Positions 9,625 through 23,854 of a stretch of 64,000 nt of DNA are shown here, piece after piece. The stretch is from the sequence record OP292654.1. One strand, given 5' to 3'. Under the pieces are notes generated by a model. It had not been told where the DNA came from and made no database searches. It saw only the letters and a program-made list of their open reading frames with translations. The stretch's first letter is position 1, and every line of letters starts with the position of its first letter. The position numbers and the translations under genes are program-made.

Positions 9625-10185
9625 TTATAGTAGTACTGGAAGTGCTTTGAACACTTTGATACCAACAGCAGCAGCAAGAGCAGGAGTACCGTCTTTCTTC
9701 TGGAATACACCAGCTTGTGCTAGATTGGTAGCGATTTCAACAGTAGGATCAACAGTTAGAGCATAGGTAGAACCTGGCTTACCAACTTGTTTAGTGAAAA
9801 CGTCTTGGCGTTCAACGATGTAAGTAATACCGAAAGAACCATCAGCTAGAGTACCGGATTTACCGAAAGCGATTACATTACCACCAACAGTTTCAAAACC
9901 AGCAGCAGTAGGATCAACATCAGTAGACAAAGCAGAAGTGGTTACTAGAACCGCACGTTGAGCAAGAGCTTGAGCGATGATGAATTGGTTTTTCTCAGCA
10001 GCAGATTTAGCAGTTTGAGCGGCATTATCACCAGCTTCAGTACCATCGAATGCTACAGCAGAAACGCCGATTTCTACATCAGCAGGTAGAGTTACAACAA
10101 CAGTTACGAAACCGTTATCACCACCCCAAAATTCGCGACTATTGGATGACATACCATAGTTACGATCAAAAGAATTAAGACTCAT
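9625..10185 (-). CDS. Putative virion structural protein (paralog of 8950..9606)
   Basis: As above; a - strand TAAATA lies near 10235. Confidence 0.6.
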   Translation of the reverse strand: MSLNSFDRNYGMSSNSREFWGGDNGFVTVVVTLPADVEIGVSAVAFDGTEAGDNAAQTAKSAAEKNQFIIAQALAQRAVLVTTSALSTDVDPTAAGFETVGGNVIAFGKSGTLADGSFGITYIVERQDVFTKQVGKPGSTYALTVDPTVEIATNLAQAGVFQKKDGTPALAAAVGIKVFKALPVLL

Positions 10186-10315
10186 TAGAAATCTCCTTGT
10201 TAATTTGGTGCAGGCTTAATACCTGCTTAATGTTATTTATCAAATCCTTTTCGTTACTATTAATAACGTAAAAAATTTAATCAAAATGTTTATATGCAAC
10301 TATTTATTTCTTATG

Positions 10316-10344
10316 TGAAACCACATTGGAAAATGTGGTATAAT
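10316..10344 (+). promoter_or_regulatory. Phage promoter TGAAAC-N17-TATAAT
   Basis: Matches the consensus; upstream of the RNase H gene. Confidence 0.75.
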
Positions 10345-10376
10345 GAAGTAAATCATGGAAAATGGAGTTCCTGTAA

Positions 10377-11359
<983 letters not shown>

Positions 11360-11360
<1 letters not shown>

Positions 11361-11860
11361 TGGCTATTTTAAAAATTCTAACTGAATACTCATTCATTGT
11401 GGAAACCAATACTGGTGACAAAATGGGTATTTTAGTGAATTATGATGAAGGTACTACAGAACGTACTGGTATTGAGTTCTTTACTTCAGAGGGTGCTTTG
11501 AAGTTTAATAATCTTAAAGAACTAGAAGATGCTTTAGGCGAAGAATTTACCTATGCTGAAATTGAAGTAACTGATAGTACTAATACCTCAAAAGCCTTGG
11601 GTGAGTATCCTATTAACGATACTGACAACATTATTGACATTCAGAATGATGATCCACTAGGAATAGGCTCTTTCCGTAAGAGTCAACGCTCTAAAAAGCG
11701 ATTTTATCCTGGCTGGTGGCTTGTTCGTGGAGAAAACGGAACATATTTGCCTCGTTTAACTCTTAGTGTGGACATTTATAATGAAAGAAACAATACAGAA
11801 GCACTATATGGACCATTTAAGTCCTATATGGATGTAACTTATACGTTAAAACAGCTATAA
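11360..11860 (+). CDS. Hypothetical protein
   Basis: Translationally coupled (TAATG) to rnh. Confidence 0.75.
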
Positions 11861-11903
11861 ATGATGTAGTACTGCCTCATGGCAGTACTTTTTAAGGAAG
11901 ATT

Positions 11904-14244
<2,341 letters not shown>

Positions 14245-14250
14245 TAAATA
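14245..14250 (+). promoter_or_regulatory. Late-type promoter TAAATA
   Basis: AATAAATA upstream of 14280. Confidence 0.5.
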
Positions 14251-14267
14251 TATCTATACAGATTTGA

Positions 14268-15569
<1,302 letters not shown>

Positions 15570-15597
15570 AAGCTCCCAACCCTATTCACTAAATAGA

Positions 15598-15626
15598 TGG
15601 AACGTTATATCATTTTGTGGTATAAT
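15598..15626 (+). promoter_or_regulatory. Phage promoter TGGAAC-N17-TATAAT (distal SSB promoter)
   Basis: Matches the consensus. Confidence 0.7.
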
Positions 15627-15683
15627 GTACATGACCAAGCGAAAACTTGGATAGTCATCCGAGACGAAAAAACGGAAAAAAGA

Positions 15684-15712
15684 TGAAACGCCACAATTTA
15701 TTGTGGTATAAT
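15684..15712 (+). promoter_or_regulatory. Phage promoter TGAAAC-N17-TATAAT (proximal SSB promoter)
   Basis: Matches the consensus; in tandem with 15598. Confidence 0.75.
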
Positions 15713-15794
15713 AGAAATGTCAACGGCAAGGAGCCAATGACAAACAAAGAAGCAAAACTTAGTAACAAAGAAACAAATTGATAAGGAAATCAAA

Positions 15795-16841
15795 ATGGCC
15801 TCATTAGCAGAAATTCGTGCTCTATTAGCAGCAGAACAAGCAAAACAAGACGCAGTAAAAAATGGAACATTCACTGGCGAACGCCAACCGGATGCATTCC
15901 TAGCTTTCTGGAACATTCCAGAAAATGCTGATCTTAACCTACGCTTTCTTCCAGATGGCGACCACAACAACCAGTACTTCTGGCGTGAACGTGAGATGAT
16001 TAATCTCGAATTCAACGGCGTTAAAGGTGTTCACACCGATAAAGTTCGCCTACAAGTACCATGTAATGAAATGTGGGTTGCTAACTCTTGTCCGATTCTT
16101 ACCGAGATTCGTCAATGGTATAAAATCGCTAAAGAAACTGGTAACGAAGATCTATCTAAACAAGCATCCAAGTACTGGAAAAAGAAATCATATCTATTCC
16201 AATGCCTGATTGCTCCAAACTCTGTAGAAGTCAAAGATGACAACGCTCCAGAGAATCCAATCCGTCGCGTTCTAGTGAACAAAGATTTGTTCGAGAAGAT
16301 CAAATCAATCCTAATGAACCCTGATGTAGAAGAACTACCAACTGATTTTGAACATGGTCGTGATTTCCGTGTGATCAAGTCAAAAAACGCTGGTGGATTC
16401 AATAACTATGACGCATCACAGTTCAAATTCTCCGAACGTCCACTAAACCAAGACGAACGCACCGCTATCGAAACATATGGTCTGTTCAACCTTAGTGAGT
16501 TTATGCCTAAACAGCCAACTCCAGAGGAACTAGTCGCTATCAAAGAGATGTTCGAAGCATCCGTAAATGGTGAAGCATATGATCCGGCACGTTGGGCGGC
16601 ATTCTATCGTCCAGCAGGTGTTCAGAAACCAGCAACTGGTTCTACCACAGACACTCCAACTTCAGTACCAGCAGCTTCTACACCTGCACCAGTGAAAACT
16701 GCTCCAGAAGTAGAAAGCAAGCCAGTAGTAACTGAAACTGCTCCTGCGGCAACTCCAGCAGCTTCTACCGAAGCAGCACCAAAAGAGAAGCTATCACCAG
16801 CAGATTTAGTAGCTAAGCTAAAGGCTAAAAGCGGTAACTAA
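15795..16841 (+). CDS. 32: Single-stranded DNA-binding protein (gp32-like)
   Basis: LRFLP, CPIL, YWKKKSY and GRDFRVIK...NYDASQF motifs; low-complexity C-terminal tail; directly before uvsX. Confidence 0.8.
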   Translation: MASLAEIRALLAAEQAKQDAVKNGTFTGERQPDAFLAFWNIPENADLNLRFLPDGDHNNQYFWREREMINLEFNGVKGVHTDKVRLQVPCNEMWVANSCPILTEIRQWYKIAKETGNEDLSKQASKYWKKKSYLFQCLIAPNSVEVKDDNAPENPIRRVLVNKDLFEKIKSILMNPDVEELPTDFEHGRDFRVIKSKNAGGFNNYDASQFKFSERPLNQDERTAIETYGLFNLSEFMPKQPTPEELVAIKEMFEASVNGEAYDPARWAAFYRPAGVQKPATGSTTDTPTSVPAASTPAPVKTAPEVESKPVVTETAPAATPAASTEAAPKEKLSPADLVAKLKAKSGN

Positions 16842-16855
16842 TTAGTTAAATTTAT

Positions 16856-16885
16856 TGGGGCAAAGGATTTGCCCCGATTTCATTT
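16856..16885 (+). terminator. Hairpin/terminator after SSB gene
   Basis: GGGGCAAA-GGA-TTTGCCCC. Confidence 0.6.
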
Positions 16886-16899
16886 CATGGAGAGATAAT

Positions 16900-18048
16900 A
16901 TGAAAAAAACGTCTGTTGGTTTAGCTGGCATCATCAAAAACAGTTCAAATAGTATCAAGAAAATGACTGGTGTAAGTATCGGATTTCACGATCCTGACAC
17001 TTGGATTAGTACTGGTAACTACGCATTGAACTATCTTATCAGCGGTGATTTCTACGGTGGTATTCCACTAGGTAAAGTAACTGTATTCGCTGGTGAGTCT
17101 GGTGCTGGTAAATCTTATATTGTTTCCGGTAACGTAATCCGAGAAGCACAAAAACAAGGCATCTACCCATATGTAATTGACTCTGAAAACGCACTTGATG
17201 ATAAGTGGTTAACAGATCTAGGAGTAGATACTGATGAATCAATGATGTTCAAGGCAAACGCCGCAATGATTGATGACGTAGCAAAACTAATCGCTGATGT
17301 TGTAAAAGACTATCGTGATCAGTTCGGTGATCTTCCACGTGAAGAACGTCCTAAGCTATTATTCGTAATTGACTCACTCGGTATGTTAATGACACCTACT
17401 GAAACCGCTCAATTTGAGAATGGTGATATGAAAGGTGACATGGGTCGTAAAGCTAAACAACTTAAAGCGTTAGTAACTAACTGTGTAAACATGTTCGGTG
17501 ATCTAAATATTGGTCTAATTGCTACTAACCATACCTACGCATCTCAGGATATGTTTGATCCAGATCCTAAAGTTTCTGGTGGTGCTGGTTTCGTATATGC
17601 TTCATCTATCATGGTGGCAATGCGTAAACTAAAACTAAAAGAAGATGAAGACGGAAACAAAGTATCACAAGTTAATGGTATTCGTGCGGCATGTAAAATC
17701 ATGAAAACACGTTATAATAAACCATTCGAAGATGTGGAAATCAAAATCCCTTACAATACTGGTATGAACCCATACAGCGGTTTGTTAGATATGTTCGAAA
17801 AACGTGGTCTAGTAACTAAATCAGGCAACAGCCTAGTTTATGTTGATATTGATACTGGTGAAGAAATTAAACAATTCCGTAAAGCATGGGAAAAGAATAA
17901 CAATTCTTGCCTAGACTTAATTATGGGTCAATTTACTCGTCATCCATTGATTTCAGTAGTAACTGAAGCAGAAAAAGGTGATGAAGATTTCGGAACAGAT
18001 ATTGACTTAGATGATGTTGAAGATATTGTAGACGTAGTAGAGGATTAA
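16900..18048 (+). CDS. uvsX: RecA-like recombinase UvsX
   Basis: Walker A GESGAGKS, VIDSENA, IDSLG, TNHTY and SGGAG; ATG at 16900 after GGAG. Confidence 0.93.
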   Translation: MKKTSVGLAGIIKNSSNSIKKMTGVSIGFHDPDTWISTGNYALNYLISGDFYGGIPLGKVTVFAGESGAGKSYIVSGNVIREAQKQGIYPYVIDSENALDDKWLTDLGVDTDESMMFKANAAMIDDVAKLIADVVKDYRDQFGDLPREERPKLLFVIDSLGMLMTPTETAQFENGDMKGDMGRKAKQLKALVTNCVNMFGDLNIGLIATNHTYASQDMFDPDPKVSGGAGFVYASSIMVAMRKLKLKEDEDGNKVSQVNGIRAACKIMKTRYNKPFEDVEIKIPYNTGMNPYSGLLDMFEKRGLVTKSGNSLVYVDIDTGEEIKQFRKAWEKNNNSCLDLIMGQFTRHPLISVVTEAEKGDEDFGTDIDLDDVEDIVDVVED

Positions 18049-18049
18049 G

Positions 18050-18514
18050 ATGGCTAAAGCATGGCATTGGATCATCAAAGATGATAAATCAAAGATAGTC
18101 GATATGGTCGATTTCTTTGAAAGTGAGTTAGAAGACGCCAGGCGTGAAGTAAAGCAATCTGGTGTTATTGAAACACTATCTCAAAGATTGCCAGCTTATC
18201 ACGAACTTCGGTTCAGCCAACTCCAACAAGTCGAAACAGTACTTGAAGTCTTGGAAATAGAGTTAAAACAACTTGAATCCGAGAAATTTAAACAACTTCT
18301 AGAGCACTACAAACGTGCTCTCACTTCAGCAGACTGTAAAAAGTATGTTGAAGGTGATCCAGATGTTGTTGCTATCTCACTTTTGATTTCAGATGTAGCT
18401 TATATTCGAAATCAACTCTTAGGGATAGTTAAATCGTTAGAGATGAAAGCATTCCAGTTGAACAACATAGTTAAATTGCGTACTGCTGGAATCGAAGACG
18501 CACGATTAGATTAA
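18050..18514 (+). CDS. uvsY: Recombination mediator UvsY
   Basis: Helical 154-aa protein with KKYVEGDPD and KAFQLNNIVKLRTAG; follows uvsX. Confidence 0.8.
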   Translation: MAKAWHWIIKDDKSKIVDMVDFFESELEDARREVKQSGVIETLSQRLPAYHELRFSQLQQVETVLEVLEIELKQLESEKFKQLLEHYKRALTSADCKKYVEGDPDVVAISLLISDVAYIRNQLLGIVKSLEMKAFQLNNIVKLRTAGIEDARLD

Positions 18515-18515
18515 T

Positions 18516-18548
18516 TAAAGGACGCTTATGCGTCCTTTTTGCTTTTTG
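18516..18548 (+). terminator. Intrinsic terminator
   Basis: AAAGGACGC-TTAT-GCGTCCTTTTT. Confidence 0.85.
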
Positions 18549-18558
18549 GAGAAAGCTA

Positions 18559-19434
18559 ATGACAGAGCTTGACAAATTTTTCAATAATGTTATGGTATTA
18601 GATACTGAAACAACTGGAACTGATGACGATTCAGACATTATTGAGTTCAGTGCGTCGTTTCCCGTGAGTTCTAATGACTCATTTGATGACGTATACAACT
18701 ATACAACTCGTTTCAAACCAACTCATGACGTTCCACCAGGAGCATCAGCAGTACATTTCATTACAACTGAAGATCTAGCAAACGAAGATTCATATTCAAA
18801 CAAACATTCTGAGTTTTATCCGTTATTTGATATTAAACAGTACTATGTAGGACACAACGTGCAGTTTGATCGCCGAATGCTACAGAAAAATAACGAAAGA
18901 CATGTTCCATCAACTCAAATGGAATCGTTTGATAATGATGATAGCTGGATTTGTACTTTGAAACTGGCTAAAAAGCTATTTGCGGAAGATCCTGAATTCA
19001 AAAATCTCACTTTGAGCTTTTTGTGGTTCAAATTCGAACTTTATAAGACATGTGCTCGTAAAATTGTTCCTCACAGTGCTGAAGACGATGTATATATGAC
19101 ATATAAGGTACTTTCACACTTAGTAAATATAGCCATCGAGCGTAACTTGATTGATACTAGTAAGGATATTGGTTCTCAAGTTGTATCACTAGCGAATACC
19201 CCAATATGTTACAGTACTATGACAATTGGTAAGCATAAAGGTTGGGCTATGGAAGATGTACCCATGAATTATCTGGAATGGATGATTATGAACATGGATG
19301 TAATGAATCCAGAGATGCCTAATTTTGACGCAGACCTTGCTCATACTGTAGAAGTAGAAATTACTCGACGTATTGATGCTGGTTTGGTAACGTTCGAAGA
19401 CACGGAAATCAATGTGGATGAACAACCACACTAA
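18559..19434 (+). CDS. DEDDh 3'-5' exonuclease (DnaQ/ExoX-like)
   Basis: VLDTETTG, VGHNVQFD and HSAEDD motifs; C-terminal GKHKG...VPMNYLEWM module typical of ExoX-like proteins. Confidence 0.88.
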   Translation: MTELDKFFNNVMVLDTETTGTDDDSDIIEFSASFPVSSNDSFDDVYNYTTRFKPTHDVPPGASAVHFITTEDLANEDSYSNKHSEFYPLFDIKQYYVGHNVQFDRRMLQKNNERHVPSTQMESFDNDDSWICTLKLAKKLFAEDPEFKNLTLSFLWFKFELYKTCARKIVPHSAEDDVYMTYKVLSHLVNIAIERNLIDTSKDIGSQVVSLANTPICYSTMTIGKHKGWAMEDVPMNYLEWMIMNMDVMNPEMPNFDADLAHTVEVEITRRIDAGLVTFEDTEINVDEQPH

Positions 19435-19457
19435 GTAACAAATAAAGGACTCAAGGA

Positions 19458-20942
19458 ATGAGTGGAACTTGTAAGTTAATACTTCAGGATGAAGTTAACT
19501 GTAAATTTGAGGGGCTTGCCCCTAACGTTCGTCAAGAAATGATTCGTAAAGTATCCTACGTATTACCATACGCTAAATTTACTCCAGCAGGTCGAATGGG
19601 TCGCTGGGATGGTAAGGTAAACTTTATGAATATGGGTGGTAGTACTTACTACCACATGTTGGATCAGTTGCTTCCAATTCTTGAAAAACATGATGTAATG
19701 ATTGAAATTGATGATCAACGCATTCAACACAATTTTGAATTTGATGCGATTGATGAAAACATTTTCAGTGATGTAGAATTCCCTGCGGGTCATCACATGG
19801 AAGGGAAAACAATTGTCCTTCGTGAGCACCAAGTAAACGCAGTAAACACTTGCCTACAAAATCCACATGGATTACTATTAGCAAGTACTAGCTCCGGTAA
19901 AACACTAATTACAGCAGCAATGTCTAAGTCAGTTGAGAAATACGGTCGTAGTATCGTAATTGTTCCAAATAAAGACTTAGTACAGCAAACATACAATGAT
20001 TATGAAATGGTTGGGTTAGATGCTGGTGTGTTTTATGGTGATAAGAAAGAACTTGGTCATCAACATACTATTACCACTTGGCAATCACTTAACTCTTTGT
20101 GGAAGAAAACAAAGAAAGGTGAACTTGAACTTACCGAACAAGATGTTCATGACTTCATAAATGGTGTAATTGCTGTAATAGTCGATGAAGCACATACAAG
20201 TGCGGCAGAAGCATTACATGCTGTATTAGGACAAGTAATGCGTAACATTCCTCTACGTTGGGGATTAACAGGTACTATTCCTAAAGATCCAGTACTGGCA
20301 GCTAAGATTAAATGTAATGTCGGTGATATTATATATACGATTAGTGCTAAGGAACTACAGGATAAGAAAATTCTTAGTACTTGTAATGTGAACTGCATTA
20401 AATTGAAAAGTTCTCTAAAATTTGGAAATTATCAGGAAGAACTAAAGTATTTGGTAACTGATAATGATAGAATGTCATATATTGCTACCTTGATTTCAGC
20501 AATAGCAGAATCAGGAAACACTCTAGTACTAGTAGATAGACTAGAAGCAGGTGAATTGCTTTGTGATGCGTTAGGAATTCCAAGATCAGAATTCGTTCGA
20601 GGACAAACCAAGAAAAAAGATCGTGAAGCATCCTATGGTGAAATACGTTGGGCTGACAATAAAATACTTATCGCTACTTATGGTGTTGCGAGTACCGGTA
20701 TTAGTATCAGTCGTTTGTATAATGTAGTACTTATCGAGCCAGGGAAAAGTTTTGTTCGTACTATTCAAAGTATCGGTCGTGGACTACGCCGTGCTGAAGA
20801 TAAAGACCATGTTGAAATTTATGATATATGCGGATCTAATAAGTACAGTGCTAAGCACTCAAGAGAACGTATTGCGTATTATAAAGAAGTCCAGTATCCA
20901 TATGTCGAAATGATAGTGGAAGATTGGGAAAAAATGGAATGA
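19458..20942 (+). CDS. uvsW: SF2 DNA helicase UvsW
   Basis: LREHQ, STSSGKT, VDEAH, GLTGT and QSIGRGLR. Confidence 0.92.
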   Translation: MSGTCKLILQDEVNCKFEGLAPNVRQEMIRKVSYVLPYAKFTPAGRMGRWDGKVNFMNMGGSTYYHMLDQLLPILEKHDVMIEIDDQRIQHNFEFDAIDENIFSDVEFPAGHHMEGKTIVLREHQVNAVNTCLQNPHGLLLASTSSGKTLITAAMSKSVEKYGRSIVIVPNKDLVQQTYNDYEMVGLDAGVFYGDKKELGHQHTITTWQSLNSLWKKTKKGELELTEQDVHDFINGVIAVIVDEAHTSAAEALHAVLGQVMRNIPLRWGLTGTIPKDPVLAAKIKCNVGDIIYTISAKELQDKKILSTCNVNCIKLKSSLKFGNYQEELKYLVTDNDRMSYIATLISAIAESGNTLVLVDRLEAGELLCDALGIPRSEFVRGQTKKKDREASYGEIRWADNKILIATYGVASTGISISRLYNVVLIEPGKSFVRTIQSIGRGLRRAEDKDHVEIYDICGSNKYSAKHSRERIAYYKEVQYPYVEMIVEDWEKME

Positions 20943-20963
20943 GTAGCATTTTTGTGCTATAAT
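20935..20963 (+). promoter_or_regulatory. Phage promoter TGGAAT-N17-TATAAT
   Basis: Matches the consensus; overlaps the uvsW stop. Confidence 0.7.
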
Positions 20964-20996
20964 ATAGACGAAACAAAATAATAAGGATATTTTGAA

Positions 20997-21437
20997 ATGG
21001 AACTTCGATCAAGTATTGCCTTTATTGGCGATTCTGAAATTTTAGAAATCATTGATACCCTGATAACAGAAGAATCAATGATTGACGACATGGTATTTTC
21101 TGTAGACTACATTCCAGAGTTGGAAACTACAGATACTTATGTGTACCGTTGCGATTGCAACGGTGATTCTTGGGTCAACATCTACGACATTAAAGCTCGA
21201 TTGGATGATAAATTTGATCAAGAACGCAAATATGATATTATCTATGCTAGTACTGATGGTAAGTCGTACATTGATGTTATTAGTGTAACTGGTAATTTTG
21301 ATGCGTACCTTGATACTGACACAGACAAGATTCAAGAGTTGTGTGAAACCTATGGATTGGAGTTCTACGGCAGTTCCGATGATGACGATGATTATTATTT
21401 GGATTCTGACGAAGATGAAGACGACAATTACTACTAA
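20997..21437 (+). CDS. Acidic hypothetical protein
   Basis: ORF downstream of a promoter; Asp-rich C-terminus. Confidence 0.7.
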   Translation: MELRSSIAFIGDSEILEIIDTLITEESMIDDMVFSVDYIPELETTDTYVYRCDCNGDSWVNIYDIKARLDDKFDQERKYDIIYASTDGKSYIDVISVTGNFDAYLDTDTDKIQELCETYGLEFYGSSDDDDDYYLDSDEDEDDNYY

Positions 21438-21446
21438 GGAATTCAC

Positions 21447-21950
21447 ATGAACGTATTAACCCCTGAAAATTATGCATTTGAAATGGATCTGGTTACTGAT
21501 ACCATTCCAGAAGAAATGTACTGCGTATTAGATCTAAGCTCAGTTGAAGATGCTGATTACTACTTTAAACATATTCTGAATACAGTTTCGTTTAATAGTA
21601 TTAGTGCTGACTTACAAATTGGAGATCACATTGTCCAGGTTCCTCTCAGTTGGCAAATCTTGCTAGGTGATGAAGATACTGGTATGATGGAAATGTGTAC
21701 TATTGAGAATATTTTGAATATGAAAGACCCTCGTGCTTTCGTTTACAATCCTATTCGTTCAATGTACCCACGATATGAGAAAGTTAAAGTACTACGAGTA
21801 TTCACTTTAACAACTAAGTGGCAAATCCCAATGCTTCCGAAGAAAAATCTTCTGGCAGTACCTCTTTGTAATGGTACAAACCCACCATGTGTATACTTTG
21901 CAGATGAAAATGAAAAAATCCAAGATTTATTTTTAGGAATTGGTGACTAA
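21447..21950 (+). CDS. Conserved hypothetical phage protein
   Basis: ORF with RBS; VPLSWQILLGD and LLAVPL resemble an uncharacterised family of large T4-like phages. Confidence 0.7.
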   Translation: MNVLTPENYAFEMDLVTDTIPEEMYCVLDLSSVEDADYYFKHILNTVSFNSISADLQIGDHIVQVPLSWQILLGDEDTGMMEMCTIENILNMKDPRAFVYNPIRSMYPRYEKVKVLRVFTLTTKWQIPMLPKKNLLAVPLCNGTNPPCVYFADENEKIQDLFLGIGD

Positions 21951-22795
21951 TGTTCGATTTTAGCGGATTACCAATATCTTCAGAGGATGAAGATTCAGCG
22001 TCCGAGTCAAATCACAAGTTAGATATGAATCTACTACTTGAAAAGATTGACATGGCAGATTATGGGTATTATGAAACCCTAAGTGATAAAGAAAAGAAGC
22101 ATTTCCAGCCTTATATCGTATTACGTTGGATTAGTTCTCTTGATGATTCAGTCCAATTGACATATAATGCGAAGAAAGTTGAAGCTATCTTTGGTAAATG
22201 GTCTGGTGGCGGTAAAGAAGCTCTAAATGAACTAAAAGACGAGTTCAACAGTACTGGTAATGGAATATGTATCAGTACTGCGAAGTATGAACACGCAAAA
22301 TATGACTGGAGAATCAAATTCGCCGTCCAAGATAGGGCATCTGCTGATGCTCTAGTATTGTTGATGAAGGAATTTGGAATTACTGGACATGAAATCATTT
22401 CTCTTATTGACAGTACAACCATAAAATACCATTTGATCATGCTAAATGACATGGTAAATAGTAACTTTTGGGAAATGAAGAATCATCCTGAGCTAGTTTA
22501 CCAACTTATGTGTTCAGTATCAGAAATGATTGGACCACAGAAACGTGCTCATAACTGGTTGGCTCATTGTAAAGGTTTAAAGAACGTAGATAAAAATATC
22601 TTCGAGATAATTAAACGCACACAACCAGAATCTGTATCTGTCCAGATGAATGAGGCAGAATACAAAATACTTTTGTCCAGTTACACGAAAGAAACCTTTG
22701 AAGAACTACTAAAAGATTTAGGAAGTTCAGAACAAGAGATTAAAACACTCTTAAAACTATTCAAGGCAGAAAACGAAAAATATGGCAACAAATAA
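21950..22795 (+). CDS. Clamp loader small subunit (gp62-like), with internal insertion
   Basis: ID..DYGYYETLSDKEKKHFQPYIVLRWISS and KNHPELVYQLMC fit the phage clamp-loader A family; the large subunit is at 59257. Confidence 0.55.
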   Translation: MFDFSGLPISSEDEDSASESNHKLDMNLLLEKIDMADYGYYETLSDKEKKHFQPYIVLRWISSLDDSVQLTYNAKKVEAIFGKWSGGGKEALNELKDEFNSTGNGICISTAKYEHAKYDWRIKFAVQDRASADALVLLMKEFGITGHEIISLIDSTTIKYHLIMLNDMVNSNFWEMKNHPELVYQLMCSVSEMIGPQKRAHNWLAHCKGLKNVDKNIFEIIKRTQPESVSVQMNEAEYKILLSSYTKETFEELLKDLGSSEQEIKTLLKLFKAENEKYGNK

Positions 22796-23498
22796 AAAAG
22801 GGGCGAAAGCCCCTACTTTTAAATGCAGATTTTGCGATAAAGAATATAAACGAGAAGATACAGTACTGACTCATGCTTGTGTGAAACGTGATCGTTATAA
22901 TGATCGTGAATCCCGATTGATGCGTGAGGCGTACCGTCTTTACATGTTATTCATGGAAGCACATAAGTTCCAAATGAAGAAGAATGAAGAACCATTGATG
23001 CAATTCATCAAATCCAGGTACTTTAATGACTTCTACGATTTTGCTCAGTACATTTTGTCTCATGATATTCTAAATAAAGAACAATTCATCAAGCATGTCT
23101 TAACTGGTGGAAAAACCGTTTATGAATGGAAATCGCAGAAGACATATGAAGAATGGGTAATTAGCTGTATTCGTAATGAACATCCACGTCGAGGAATCGA
23201 GCGTTCTATTAACGCAATTGTGGAATGGAGTGTTGCGACAGATAATGAATGGACAGATTTCTTTGAGAATGTCAGTACTGAACGTGCTATTTTATGGTTC
23301 GAAACTGGCAAGCTATCACCGTGGATTATCTACGCTGCTTCTCCAGAAAGTGGGAATAAATTACTTAATCGTTTCTCTGATTCAGAATTAGAGTATCTTG
23401 TCCGATTCATTGACCCAACGTACTTTAAGATTTTACAAATCAGGTACAATGATGAAGTAATGGATATACGAAATTTACTCACGGAGGCAGGTATATGA
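22782..23498 (+). CDS. Hypothetical protein with N-terminal zinc finger
   Basis: FKCRFCDKEY...HAC, C2HC-type. Confidence 0.7.
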   Translation: MATNKKGAKAPTFKCRFCDKEYKREDTVLTHACVKRDRYNDRESRLMREAYRLYMLFMEAHKFQMKKNEEPLMQFIKSRYFNDFYDFAQYILSHDILNKEQFIKHVLTGGKTVYEWKSQKTYEEWVISCIRNEHPRRGIERSINAIVEWSVATDNEWTDFFENVSTERAILWFETGKLSPWIIYAASPESGNKLLNRFSDSELEYLVRFIDPTYFKILQIRYNDEVMDIRNLLTEAGI

Positions 23499-23854
23499 AA
23501 TCCAGAATTTATTCTGAACCAGAACTTACAGAAGAAGAAAAGAAAGAAATTGAACTTGAGAAAGAGAAATTAAAAGAGAATGCTTCACAGCTTTCTATCC
23601 TGCGTCAAGGTACTGTTACTGAGATTACTATGGGTGATAGAACTTTTCAGGTTACTGACCCTAAGCGTATTGAACAGGCTATTACTTTTATTGGACAGCA
23701 TGAGGAAGCATTATTCACTTTGCGTCAGCGTGTTAAAGAACAAACTTCAATAATCAAAATTATGGTTAATGATATTGCTACATTGAAGCAAGAAGTCCAA
23801 CGACTAAAGGAAATAACAAATGGATATGGATCACAAGAGTTCTCAAACTATTAA
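23495..23854 (+). CDS. Hypothetical coiled-coil protein
   Basis: ATGA-coupled ORF with heptad pattern. Confidence 0.7.
   Translation: MKSRIYSEPELTEEEKKEIELEKEKLKENASQLSILRQGTVTEITMGDRTFQVTDPKRIEQAITFIGQHEEALFTLRQRVKEQTSIIKIMVNDIATLKQEVQRLKEITNGYGSQEFSNY

Noticed and set aside
15570-15700. tRNA or other known ncRNA in the largest intergenic gaps
   Set aside because: No cloverleaf, T-loop or CCA pattern; the gaps are explained by promoters and hairpins.
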